Source: Eledone cirrhosa
Taxonomy: Eukaryota
Direction: 5' to 3'
Assembly (NCBI GenBank): GCA_964016885.1
Contig: OZ024755.1
Location: forward strand, 18,538,001-18,602,000
Length of the DNA: 64,000 bases
A program made the position numbers and the translations under genes. Shown in pieces: positions 1 to 13,030 of this stretch; within the stretch, counting starts at the first letter, position 1, and each line of letters opens with the position of its first letter. The notes beneath the pieces are model-generated. The model saw only the letters and a program-made list of their open reading frames with translations, searched no databases and was not told the origin of the DNA.

Positions 1-660
1 TATAAACCAGTTATAACTAACATATGGTATAAACTGTAGTTATATCTAACACATTGTATAAACTGTAGTTATAGCTAACACATGAAATAAACTGTAGTTA
101 TAGCTAACACATGGTATAAACTGTAGTTATAGCTAACACATGGTATAAATTGTAGTTATAGCTAACACATGGTATAAACTAGTTATAGCTATTACATGGT
201 ATAAACTGTAGTTATAGCTAACACATGGTATAAACTGTAGTTATAGCTATCACATGGTATAAACTACAGCTATAGCTAACACATTGTATAAACTGTAGTT
301 ATAGCTAACACATGGTATAAACTGTAGCTATAGCTATCACATGGTATAAACTAGTTATAGCTAACACATGAAATAAACTGTAGTTATAGCTAACACATTG
401 TATAAACTGTAGCTATAGCTAACACATGGTATAAACTGTAGCTATAGCTATCACATGGTATAAACTGTAGTTATAGCTAACACATGGTATAAACTGTAGT
501 TATAGCTATCACATGGTATAAACTAGTTATAGCTAACACATGGTATAAACTGTAGTTATAGCTAACACATGGTATAAACTGTAGTTATAGCTAACACATG
601 GTATAAACTGTAGTTATAGCTAATACAAGACACAAACTGTAGTTATAGCTAATACAATTG
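1..660. repeat. Minisatellite, 29-bp unit (aacacatggtataaactgtagttatagct), ~22 copies, runs off window start
   Basis: Unit recurs at 29-nt spacing (e.g. 109, 138) with occasional 26-nt deletion variants. Confidence 0.95.
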
Positions 661-1654
661 ATCCAACAATTGGAACACTTGATCCTATTGTTTATAGTGA
701 CATAATTGAAAAGTTGTGCATTTAGATTTGAATAAACTTGTAGTTTTATAATGTGAAATATAACTTACCACACATAAAACTGCAGCTTCTAGTATTTTTG
801 TTAAAAAACGAGTAAAATAACATCGATAGCAAATATGAGATGAGATGAAAATCAAAGCAGTAAAAACTTAGTATAAATAGGATTGTGACATCACATTTAT
901 GACATCATAGTTAAATTCTTGATGTTTTGATTATTCTAATCATCATCATCATCATCATCATTTAATGTCCATTTCTCCATGGGTTAGATGAGTTGTCCTG
1001 TTGCGAGACAAGGCAGATCAAATGACCATGTCTGGCTCATATAAAACTGGTTCTGGCTTGGTTTCTATGGCTGGATGCCCTTCTTAACACCATAGTATAT
1101 ATATATATATACTAATATATTGAGTACCTTACTTACTGTGGTTATCCCCGATTGAACCTGGGACTCATATATATCGACAGTCAATCGACTTTCATCAAAT
1201 TGCACCAAGGAAACAATTTTTTCGTTGGTCTTTCCAATTGCTACCTATCAGTCGCAACTCCATGTAGAAGGGGCAACGTGAAATAAAGTGACATAACGCA
1301 TTGCCTGGTCCGGGAATCAAACTCATAAACTCATGATTACCAATTCTCTAAACACTCAGCCACGCACCTATAAAAATATACAATTGTTTCTACTTTTGGC
1401 ACAAGGCCAGCAATTATCCCAGTGCATTACTGGTATTTTATTTTATCGACCCTGTAAGAATGAAAGGCAAACACAAGGTCAGCAATTTGAGTGGAGAGGG
1501 AGGGAGTTAATTTTATTGACCCCTAAAATTTCAAGGAAACTAAATTTATAACAGCATTTATAAATCCTATTTTGTTTATTTCAAAATACATTCAGCAAGT
1601 GAAAACAACTGTTGTGATCAAATATAGAAGAAAAAGATTTGATATAAATCATAA

Positions 1655-2225
1655 ATTATACCAAATATAGAATATACACTCATGTAAAATATCGTCAATT
1701 ATACCAACTATATAATATACACCCATGGAAATATCATAACATATACCAACTATATAATATACTCATGTAAAATATCGTAAATTATACCAACTATATAATA
1801 TACACTCATGGAAATATCATAACATATACCAACTATATAATATACACCCATGGAAATATAACATATACCAACTATATAATATACACTCATGGAAATATCA
1901 TAAAATATACCAACTATATAATATACACTCATGGAAATATCATAACATATACCAACTATATAATATACACCCATGTAAAATATCGTAAATTATACCAACT
2001 ATATAATATACACGCATGGAAATATCATAACATATACCAACTATATAATATACACCCATGTAAAATATCGTAAATTATACCAACTATATAATATACACTC
2101 ATGGAAATATAACATATACCAACTATATAATATACACTCATGGAAATATCATAACATATACCAACTATATAATATACACTCATGGAAATATCATAACATA
2201 TACCAACTATATAATATACACCCAG
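1655..2225. repeat. Minisatellite, 42-bp unit (atacactcatggaaatatcataacatataccaactatataat)
   Basis: Direct tandem repetition; minus ORF 1750-1974 shows the 14-aa period. Confidence 0.95.
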
Positions 2226-2602
2226 GAGTCATGACCTGGATGTGGCCTAGCCCCCTTAGCATGTAAGAAGTTAAAGGCCGAAATACTTGCTTGAGGACAA
2301 GGGGGTTCTCCTCTGAAGAACTTCTTCTGTCCAGCTCACCAGAGTGTTTCTTACCACTGATATTTAGCTGCTATTTCTAACAAGTCGAGTCACTACAAAG
2401 AGGTTGCATCCTTCGTTTCTATATCTGTTTTATATTTATGTAAAGGAATCCTAACTGCAGCTGACCTTTTCTATAAACCAGTTTGGTTATACCAAACTCT
2501 CCAGAATATATTCTATAACTCAACCCTTATTTACTTTAAAGAAATCACTTTCTATATTGCAGAATATATATCTAACTAGGGCAGGTAAAATTGCCGAGAT
2601 GA

Positions 2603-2670
<68 letters not shown>

Positions 2671-3736
2671 GACAGACAAAAACACACAAAAAGCACCACC
2701 AAAAACATAAAAGCTGGTCTCCAGCTGGTTGTTATGTTTGAATAAGGTCAGAATGATATATACAACTTTTATATGGAACATCAACTGTGACTAAGGAATA
2801 AGAAGAAACCTCTAAAGAAGGTACAGAACTGATTTGATGCTGTTGTTTAACCCCAGGTTGTCCTTCATGGCATATATTTATAATCAAAATCAACCACACA
2901 AATAATTTTTTTGTATTTTCACAGAAATATACCAAGTAAATGTAATATATCCCAGTTGAAATACACATTATATATACACAGAGTTGAAGGGGTGCTGTAT
3001 TGACACACAGCATTTCTAGGGCATTTTTTAAAACCTGGCGGAACCCATCTCCTCACCAGGTCTCAATACAGAAGATTTCTACCAGAGATAGATAGAGTGT
3101 GGAGGAATGGAAGTGAGAAAGAGATATAAAGGAAGAATTGATCCCAGTAGTAAACTGGTACTTTTTTTTTTATTGACCTTGAATAATACCGTGTTCAAAA
3201 ATGGTATCTGAGGGATGTTTATTTGGCAGCTATTACTAGCAAAGCCATCAGCCACAAAGATGCTACCTAATTGGCTTCTGATGGCTTCTATACAATGGTG
3301 ATATACATTAGGGAATTATCAAAATATAGAAAAAGCTATTTGCAAAATAAATAATGATCAAAGCAAAATAATTCTGGGGTAAAATAGTGAAAGATCTTAC
3401 ATAATGCTTAAAGATTTGCCAGGGATTTGCCAGCCTATTGGACGCCCCTTCGCATAAGAGGCTATCTTTTTTAAAATTATATTTTACATTATATTTTGAC
3501 ATTTATAGGCATTTTTATGGACCACGTCCAATATTCGCCGTTTTTCACTCTTCGTAGGTGCTCTAGTAACATAACCCCCAGGAATACCGGGGCACAACTG
3601 TATATAGTAATAATAGTAATGATAAATACAAAGACTAAAGTCCGAAGCAGGGTCGATAAGGATTGTATATATATATATATCAAGTAAGAATATTTTCGAA
3701 ACAGCGAGTTGATTTCAAGTTATTAGAAATGTTAGC

Positions 3737-3930
3737 TATCGCCGTATTTTGACTAAAGCAATTAAAGAAATTATTTAGCCTGATAGTGGGGTTAAGAACC
3801 CTCGGAGAAATGGAAAAAGATGAGTATTGACGTACATCAATACTCATCTTTTTCCATTTCTCCGAGGGTTCTTAACGCCACTATCAGGCTAAATAATTTC
3901 TTTAATTGCTTTAGTCAAGATATGGCGATA
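3737..3930. repeat. 194-bp loopless palindrome (fold-back element) beside (TA)n
   Basis: Arms 3737-3833 and 3834-3930 are reverse complements with ~4 mismatches. Confidence 0.92.
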
Positions 3931-4238
3931 TATATATATATATATATATAAAAGTATATATAAACCCATAGATCAAATATTTATTATTGGTACAGATTAA
4001 AGTTTAAGCAAAGAATTTTTGCTTTCATCAGGATCTTCTGAAACTGAGAAAAATCAATCTGTAGATGCAGAAGTAAATATTTAAAAAAAATGTTACCACC
4101 AAAAGAAAACAGGAAGACAAAATGGTGGTTCATGAAGACATTCTCTGTCAATGGGCGAAAAATATGCAAGGATAATTACGTCATTATGTGGAGCAAGAAG
4201 AACAATTTCTTGCTATGAAAAAACCCTACACATTTTTG

Positions 4239-4280
<42 letters not shown>

Positions 4281-4282
<2 letters not shown>

Positions 4283-4555
4283 CATATATGTGTCAGTGTT
4301 GAACAAAAGGGCGACGATGGTTACCTGAACACTGTACGGCGTAATTCGGGCTGTTTGTTTACAGACAGGCCGAGCATTGTGATAAATGTTTGGTAAACCC
4401 ATACGTGCATGTATGTGTGTGTGTGTGTGCATATGTGTATGCATGCTGCTGTACGTCTGTGTGCATGTGTGTATGTACATGTACATACATACATACACTT
4501 AAGTATCAGCCGTACTAAGAGTGAGAAATGAAATTTCGTTTCATTCTTTTCCATC
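4281..4555 (+). mobile_element. Partial copy of HHR-bearing element family C (PLE pLTR-like), HHR segment missing
   Basis: Shares gtcagtgttgaac...cggcgtaattcgggctg and the terminal ccgtactaagagtgagaaatgaaatttcgtttcattc with 11022-11375 and 5463-5666. Confidence 0.75.
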
Positions 4556-4770
4556 ATCATTTCATTTTACGTCCACTTTTCCCTGCTTGCAAGGGTGGGA
4601 CGGGAAGTGATTCTGGCTTGATTTCTACAGCTGGATGCCCTTCCTAACACCAACCTCATTTACAGTGAGTGCTGGGTGCTTTTTTGCCGTGGCACCTCCA
4701 CGACCACTTTGCAGTGGAATGATAGGGACACCAGTCCCTATCATCTCATTTCGACAGTTGAGTAAACTGC
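4553..4770 (-). mobile_element. SINE family B, 5'-truncated
   Basis: Near-identical to the 3' two-thirds of the full copy at 26080-26424. Confidence 0.9.
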
Positions 4771-5462
4771 TGAGTATGCATAGATATATATATGTGAGTG
4801 TATATGTGTGTATCTATATATACATGTGTGTGTATGGCTGTTTGTGTGTGTATGTATGTATATATATATATGCATAGATATATATATGTGAGTGTATATG
4901 TGTGTAGCTATATATACATGTGTGTCTGTGTGTATGTATATATATATATATATATATGCATAGATATATATATGTGAGTGTATATGTGTGAATCTATATA
5001 TACATGTGTGTGTGTATGACTGTTTGTTTGTGTGTGTATGGCTGTTTGTATGTGTGTGTATATATATATGCATAGATATATATATGTGAGTGTATATGTG
5101 TGAATCTATATATACATGTGTGTGTGTATGGCTGTTTGTGTGTGTGTGTGTATATATATATATATGCATAGATATATATATGTGAGTGTATATGTGGTAT
5201 CTGAAAGAACTCTACAGGAACATAAGTAGGTTTTAATTTAGAATAATAACCAAAGGGAGTTTACTTCAACATGAATAACTTGGCAGAAATATTTATTTGA
5301 TGTGTGACTGTCTATGAGATAGAGGAAGAGAGAGTGTGTGTGTGTATGTATAAATATATACATACATACATATGTATATATTTATATATATATATATATA
5401 TACATACATATACATACATATATATATATACATATATACACATATATATATATATCTATATA

Positions 5463-5666
5463 TATGGAATAGAATGAAACAAAATTTCATTTCTCACTCT
5501 TAGTACGGCACTTATTTAAATGTAAGTATGTATGTATGTATGTATACGTACATACACATATGTATACAGACGTACAGTAGTATGTATATATATATATATA
5601 CATACATGCACACATATATATATGCACGTATCGGTTCACCGAACATTTATTATAATGCTCGGTTTG
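5463..5666 (-). mobile_element. Partial copy of element family C (3' portion)
   Basis: Reverse-complement match to 4370-4555 and to 11240-11375. Confidence 0.75.
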
Positions 5667-5700
<34 letters not shown>

Positions 5701-5916
5701 ATGTATACACACACACACAGATATGTATACACACACACGTATAGACACACACATATATACACCCACACACACATATATATATATATATACATATGTATAC
5801 ACACACACACACAGATATGTATACACACACACGTATAGACACACACATATATACACCCACACACATATATATATATATACATATGTATACACACAGATAT
5901 ATATACACACACACAG

Positions 5917-5957
<41 letters not shown>

Positions 5958-5958
<1 letters not shown>

Positions 5959-6148
5959 GTAGGTCCCGGGTTGAGTCGGGGATAACCACAGTAAGTAAGG
6001 TACTCAATACATGGCAGAGTAAAATTTTTTTATTTTATAGAAGGAGCTTCTACAGAACGAGTACTGTTTCATTCAGATGAGAGCTTCCTGAAGATTTCAT
6101 CTGAATGAAACAGTACTAGTCCTGTAGAAGCTCCTTCTATAAAATAAA

Positions 6149-6157
<9 letters not shown>
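5958..6157 (+). mobile_element. Fold-back element family D (Penelope-like pLTR remnant or retrozyme-like) embedded in (TA)n
   Basis: Unique arm 5958-6030 plus inverted repeat 6031-6080/6098-6150 containing an HHR; related pieces at 1115-1170, 19830-20000, 35660-35730, 54958-55078. Confidence 0.75.
6081..6133 (+). ncRNA. Type I hammerhead ribozyme motif, essentially complete
   Basis: Stem I gagcttc(6081-87)/gaagctc(6127-33); core CUGAAGA 6088-94; weak stem II (ttc-atct-gaa, U.U closure); GAAA 6107-10; stem III ACAG/CUGU with palindromic actagt loop; GUA triplet, predicted cleavage after 6126. Confidence 0.8.
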
Positions 6158-6207
<50 letters not shown>

Positions 6208-6236
6208 TATACACACACATATATACAGACACACAG

Positions 6237-6294
<58 letters not shown>

Positions 6295-6758
6295 GATATA
6301 TCCAAGAGTGGTGAGATACTAAGATTTGTATCCAAGGTTTGGTTCTCCTACTGTAAATAACAAACAGACAATAAAGGGTTTCTTGACAACCTGAGACCTT
6401 ATCAGAGGTTTATTGTGGCTTCCTGTAATATAGAATCCTTGTGAAGACTAATCAAAGTCGGGAGGTGTTAAACTATATATATAATATATATATATTATAT
6501 ATATATATATTATATATATATATTATATATATATTATATATATATATATTATATATATATATTATATATATATATTATATATATATATATTATATATATA
6601 TATATTATATATATATATATTATATATATATATATTATATATATATATTATATATATATATTATATATATATATTATATATATATATATTATATATATAT
6701 ATTATATATATATATATTATATATATATATATTATATATATATATATATATAATATAA

Positions 6759-6950
6759 GGGCGGTGGATTGGCAGTGTCGGTAGAGGGTCGGGCGCCATG
6801 CTTTGACGCATAGAGTTACGGTCCTTGCCATTCTGAGTTCAAATCCCGCCGAGGTTAACTTTGCCTTTCATCCTTACGGGGTCGATAAAATAAAGTACCA
6901 GTAATGCACTGAGTAATTGCTGGCCTTGTGCCAAAAAGTAGAAACAATTA
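6759..6950 (+). mobile_element. SINE family A (~190 bp, tRNA-derived), full length
   Basis: A-box-like tggcagtgtcggt, B-box gagttcaaatcc, conserved gcctttcatccttacggggtcgataaaataaagtacc domain, tail aaagtagaaacaatta; more than 15 copies in window. Confidence 0.9.
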
Positions 6951-7034
6951 TATATTATATATATATATATTATATATATATATATTATATATATATATAT
7001 TATATATATATATATTATATATATATATATATAT

Positions 7035-7108
<74 letters not shown>

Positions 7109-7116
7109 ATATATAT

Positions 7117-7148
<32 letters not shown>

Positions 7149-7270
7149 ATATATATTATATATATATATATATATTATATATATATATATATATTATATA
7201 TATATATATATATAATATATATATATATATATAATATATATATATATATATAATATATATATATATATAT

Positions 7271-7302
<32 letters not shown>

Positions 7303-7402
7303 ATATTATATATATATATTTATATTATATATATATATTTATATTATATATATATATTATATATATATATTATATATATATATTATATATATATATTATA
7401 TA

Positions 7403-7451
<49 letters not shown>

Positions 7452-7456
7452 CAGAC

Positions 7457-7488
<32 letters not shown>

Positions 7489-7507
7489 TATTATATATAA
7501 TATAGTA

Positions 7508-7697
7508 GGGCGGTGGATTGGCAGTATCGGTAGAGGGTCAGACACCATGCTTTCCAGCACAGTTACGTCCCTTTATGATCTGAGTTCAAATCCCGCCGAC
7601 GTTGACTTTGCCTTTCATCCTTACGGGGTCGATAAAATAAAGTACCAGTAATGCACTGGGTAATTGCTGGCCTTGTGCCTAAAGTAGAAACAATAAT
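7508..7697 (+). mobile_element. SINE family A, full length
   Basis: High similarity to 6759-6950. Confidence 0.9.
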
Positions 7698-8039
7698 ATA
7701 TTATATATATATATTATATATATATATATTATATATATATATTATATATACATATATATATATATTATATATATATATTATATATATATTATATATATAT
7801 ATATATTATATATATATATATATATATTAAATATATATATATATATATATATTACATATATTATATATATATTATATATATATTATATATACATATATAT
7901 ATATACATTAAATATATATATATACATATATTACATATTTATATATATATACATATAATATATATATATATAATATATATATAAATATATATAATATATA
8001 TATAAATATATATAACATATATATATTATATATATATAT

Positions 8040-8310
8040 CATCATCATCATCATCATCACCGTTTTACGTCCGTTCTTCCACGCTAGCATGGGTTAGACG
8101 GGTTGTCCTGTTGTGGGCAGTGTCTGGTCGGCTGACCATGCCTTGCTCATACAGGAACTGATCTGGCTTGATTTCTACAGCTGGATGCCCTTCCTAACAC
8201 CAACCTCATTTACAGTGAGTGCTGGGTGCTTTTTCGTGGCGCCTACACGTCCACTTTACAGTGTGGGCTGGGTGCTTTTTTGCCGTGGCACCTCCACGAC
8301 CACCTTGCGG
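8040..8310 (-). mobile_element. SINE-B-related element with RTE-type (TGA)n tail
   Basis: Shares ctggatgcccttcctaacaccaacc block with SINE B; tail catgctagcgtggaagaacggacgtaaaacggtgatgatg. Confidence 0.7.
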
Positions 8311-8341
8311 TGGGGGGGGGGGGGCATATTGTTTATATGCT

Positions 8342-8738
8342 TCAGCATGTACCCATGGGAGGTCGGGTACCCTGTATTACTGCGTGACGCCAGAAGTCAC
8401 GGTCGTGTGTCATTGACTTTGAGAGGTGTAGTTGGGTAAGGTCGGCTTTTATCACCTCATCCCAAGTCATCTTGGGTCTCCCCACTCCGCGGTTTCCATC
8501 AACTTCTAGTGCTCTGCACCTTTTTATGCAGCTGTCATCCTTCATACGCATCACATGTCCATACCAGCGTAACCGCCTCTCCTGCACGCAGCATTTGATT
8601 CCTCTTATGCTCAGTCTCTCTCTCAATTCATTTATGCTTTGTCGTTCACGTATATTACTGTTACACATCCATCGGAGCATGCAGGCTTCGTTTCTCTCTA
8701 ATCTACGTAAGTCTTCCACCTTCAGCGCCCAGGTCTCA
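8342..8738 (-). mobile_element. RTE-clade LINE 3' coding fragment
   Basis: Translation ERRLRWYGHVMRM...GNRGVGRPKMTWDEVIKADL...DRDFWR is the typical RTE C-terminal domain. Confidence 0.9.
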
Positions 8739-9750
8739 TATATATATATATATTCTATGTCATCATCATCAATTTACGTCTGCTCTTCTCTGCTTGCAAG
8801 GTGTATATATACATATACATACATACACACACATACATATACATATATATATATATATGTATGTATATATGCAGACTATATATATATATATATACATATA
8901 TACACACATATATATAAATATATATATATATATATACACATATACATACATATACATATATATATATACATACACATACATATACATCTATATATATATA
9001 TATATCTTGTGTTACCATGGTAATACAACGCCAGCTAATTTGAAGTAGTTTTTACCATAATACTTAGCAGTGAATTAACAGAGTCCGTAGGGTGTATTTC
9101 CTCTACTTGTTCTGGATTTCTGTACTCTTGAGTTCAAATTCTACCCATCAAAGTACCCCCCCCCCCCCACATCATCATCATCAGCTACAACAGCATTCTA
9201 CATCTGATTTTCATGCTGGGATGAGTTGTATGTATGTGTGGGGGAGTGTATGAGAGTATGTATATGTGTGTGTGTGTGGGGGAGTGTATGAGAGTATGTA
9301 TATGTGTGTGTGTGTGTGGGGGGGGGGTGAGAGTATGTATGTGTGTGTGGGGGAGTGTGTATGAGAGCATGTATGTGTGTGTGGGGGAGTGTGTATGAGA
9401 GCATGTATGTGTGTGTGGGGGATTGTGTATGAGGGTATGTATGTGTGTAACAATATGTATGTATGTGTGTGATCGTGTGTGTGTGTTGGGGAGGGGGGGT
9501 GAGAGTTTGTATGTTTTATGTTTGTGTGTATGTATGTGTGAATGTCTATGTATGTGTATGTGTGCATGTATCTATGTATGTGTATAGATAGATATGTACT
9601 TGCAACAAACCCCCCCAAACAAAGACAGAACAATATGCAGTAGATAATTGTGTACAGTTTGTATACTTCATACATTTAGGCAGTATTTGGTTGATTAAAA
9701 GACAACAACAATAATAATAATGATGATAATAATAATAATAAAAATAAAAA

Positions 9751-9781
<31 letters not shown>

Positions 9782-10344
9782 AAAAGAAAAAGATCCTCAA
9801 AAACAAACAGTGATTGTTTTTTCTTCCTTTCTTTCTGTTTGAAAACCTGCAGTTTAAACTTAACATTGTTGATTCAATAACATCTTACAATGAAATTGCC
9901 TTGAAAAACAAAACCTTAACTACAGAAAAAAAAAAACACTATAAAAGGGAAGAGAAGAGATTTAAAAGATAATCAATATACAATGATCAAGGATACCGAG
10001 AAAACTATTGAAATCTATTGAAAGAGGAACCTTATCCTTATAATAAACTTTTATATAGCAATTTAGTGTTTTTATAGATTTAAATTATTAACTTCATTTG
10101 TCCCTTTTTATGCTTTAATACATATTACACTTCTCTAATGTATAAAACTATAGAAAGAAAATACTTCAGTATTTCTAAAGCCCCAAAGCTTATTATATCA
10201 GTTACTTATCGATATTACATACATACAATACACCACATACATACATTATAATACATACATACAATACAATGCAACATATACAAAGATATATAAAAATGGT
10301 TCTTTTGGAAGCCTTTACAATGCAGATGAATACATCTCAGTGCA

Positions 10345-10857
10345 TTTTTTTCCCCAGGGAAGGCCTTGATATTTATTACAGTCTGTTTGTCTTGTCTAAC
10401 AAATAAGTAATTGATTTGGCTTGTGTGCTCACCTGATAGATATGAAACCAGGTGGATGGCTGGTTTCCTGAAATTTGTGTTGCAGATGGTTAGTTCATTT
10501 GCATCACAGAATTCCAGGTGTCTCAGCTCTTCTTCATTCCTTGAGCCATAACCATAGCTGCCATGAACTCTGCTGAATCCACCCTGGCACTGACCCACAT
10601 GTCCATTAAAGTTACCTGCCAGGATGATGAGGTCTCTTTCATCAGTACCTGAAGTTGTCTGTAAAAGTTCCTCATAGAACCTGTCCTTTTGTTCTATACC
10701 CAGTCATGCCTGTGGAACATAAGTAGATGTGATTGTCACCAGTTTATTTCCTACAGTTAATCTAAGCTTGATGATTCTGTCACTTACTCTAACTACCTCT
10801 ATCACCTTATCTATCCATTTCTCAGCTAGTAGGATGCTTACAACTCCTACCCCATTG

Positions 10858-10858
<1 letters not shown>
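10345..10858 (-). mobile_element. RTE LINE apurinic endonuclease fragment (decayed)
   Basis: GVGVVSILLAEKW...RVSDRIIKL...YVPQ, AGNFNGHVG, NTNFRK, SQINY motifs with an in-frame stop. Confidence 0.88.
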
Positions 10859-10911
<53 letters not shown>

Positions 10912-10988
10912 ATAATAATAAATGTGAAGACTAAGATCTTGTAAAGGGTGAAAGCAGCGATTCTTTGCTTAAAATTTAATCTGTTATT

Positions 10989-11021
<33 letters not shown>

Positions 11022-11023
<2 letters not shown>

Positions 11024-11372
11024 GGAATAGAATGAAACGAAATTTCATTTCTCACTCTTAGTACAGCAGTTACTTAAATGTTACTCAACCATCTGGCAGG
11101 AAGGTATACGATGCTGATGATAGTTAATAAGCTTTAAACTAGTACATCGTTCCTGTGTCAGTGTTGAACAAAAAGGTGACGTGGTTGCCTAAACACTGTA
11201 CGGCGTAATTCGGGCTGTTTGTTTGTTTACAAACAAACAAACCGAGCATTATAATAAATGTTCGGTAAACCGATACGTGCATATATATATGTGTGCATGT
11301 ATGTATATATATACATACTACTGTACGTCTGTATACATATATGTATGTACGTATACATACATACATACTTAC

Positions 11373-11375
<3 letters not shown>
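11022..11375 (+). mobile_element. Element family C: inverted terminal segment plus HHR-containing pLTR-like body, in (TA)n
   Basis: 11022-11081 is the inverted copy of the family 3' end (cf. 4500-4555); HHR at 11108-11150. Confidence 0.75.
11098..11154 (+). ncRNA. Type I hammerhead ribozyme motif with G12U core substitution
   Basis: Stem I acgatg/catcgt extended by agga/tcct across a bulge; CUGAUGA 11114-20; UAAA instead of GAAA at 11135-38; minimal stem III actagt; GUA triplet. Confidence 0.7.
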
Positions 11376-11422
<47 letters not shown>

Positions 11423-11439
11423 GCAGTAGTTTATATGCC

Positions 11440-12130
11440 AACTCTTTTTGCTTGGCTGGAAGAGGCAGCGATAAAAGTAGCGTTGAAAATAAACGAGACC
11501 AAGACTGAATTTATGATAATTAATACACATGGTCAGCTGAGCGCTTCAAATGACGAAACTATTAAAGAAGTTTCTTATTTCAAATGTCTCAGAGCATGGA
11601 TCTCATCAACAGAAAAAGAGATCAACATCAGAAAAGCCTTACAATGGTCGGCCATAAACAAACTTAACAAATTATAGCAATTATCTCTCTCAAGGAGACT
11701 CAGGTGTATGTTCTTCAAAGCCACAGTTGAAAGTGTGTTACTCAATGGATCGGAAGCATGGTCACTTAATAAAACCCTTAAAAAAGGCTAAATGGATGTT
11801 ACATGAGACTCCTGAGACATGCTTTCAACATATCCTGGCAACAGTCAGTCACAATTGAAGAACTCTATCTGGATAGTCCTCCTATGTCGGATATTGTTCG
11901 TCTAAGTGGGATACGTTTTGCAGGACATTGTTACAGGGCAAAATATGAGTGTGTCAGCCATGTTCTTTTATGGAAGCCTGTGCATGGTCATAGAAGTAGA
12001 GGGCGTCCTGTAACAATGTATCTGGGTATGCTATATGGTGACATGGGAGGAAATTTAATGGATCTTGGAATGATAATGCTAGATCGAGACAAATGGAAAG
12101 AGTATTGTTCATTGGATCAAAGAAACTCGA
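11440..12130 (+). mobile_element. Decayed RTE-like LINE (RT C-terminus and C-terminal domain)
   Basis: [54 protein letters not shown] motifs; stop and frameshift present. Confidence 0.88.
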
Positions 12131-12193
12131 CTTGTGAGCGAGTGAGTGATATACTTCAGCACACAACCATGGAAAACAGCCATAAAAATGATG

Positions 12194-12229
<36 letters not shown>

Positions 12230-12290
12230 TAAGTGTGTATATATGTCTGTAGGTATACTAGCAGGGAAAACAAACATTAAATGATGATGA

Positions 12291-12324
<34 letters not shown>

Positions 12325-12757
12325 TTAGCTAGCTTCCTTGTGTGTGGCCAATTGATATTAGAAATAATTAATAATGGTTCCCCTAAGATCAACACTGTTT
12401 ATACAATACAGAGACAAACAGACTATTTTGAGAATCCACATTGCTATTAAACATGAACTAACTATAAACATCCATCAACAAAAAATGTTTTTTTTCTGTC
12501 TTAGAAACACTTTCTTTATTATAGATACACCTTTGTATTAACCCTTTTGAAAGCAAACTATCTCAAACTGTCACTGTTTCTACAATATTAAGGTGTTCAC
12601 TTTAAAGTAATTATCATCATCATCATCATCACCATTTTACCAATATTTTCCATGCTCTGAGGCTAGACAGACAGGTCAGATGACTGTTTTATTTATACAT
12701 TCTATTTTGGTATGGCTTCTATGGTTGAATGCCCTTCCTAATGACAACCACTGAACT

Positions 12758-13030
12758 GGAATCAGATGTTGTGTGCAAGAGAGAAGACTGCGATGGTATG
12801 GACATGTGATATACATAGATGATGATTGCTAGGTGAAGATGTGACAAGAAATCCAGGTGGAAGGAAGCCGCAGTAGAGGAAGGCTAAGGTAGACCTGGGC
12901 AGAAGTAGTAAGAGCTGAGTTGAAATCACTGAAGCTCACAGATAACAAAGGGACGTGACAATTAGAGAAAAAGACCTGTCCAACCCTTGCAAGCATGAAA
13001 TAGAAGACGTCAAATGATGATGATGATGAT
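12758..13030 (+). mobile_element. RTE LINE 3' end with tail
   Basis: GIRCCVQERRLRWYGHV...RSRGRLR*TWAEVV, followed by acctgtccaacccttgcaagcatg...gacgtcaaatgatgatg. Confidence 0.85.

Larger units (their letters stand above)
6470..8040. repeat. Long interrupted (TA)n tracts hosting two SINE-A copies
   Basis: (TA)n with periodic TT interruptions. Confidence 0.95.

Noticed and set aside
6370-6416. Minus-strand CTGATAA...GAAA as an additional hammerhead
   Set aside because: Core mutated, no stem II pairing and no NUH site
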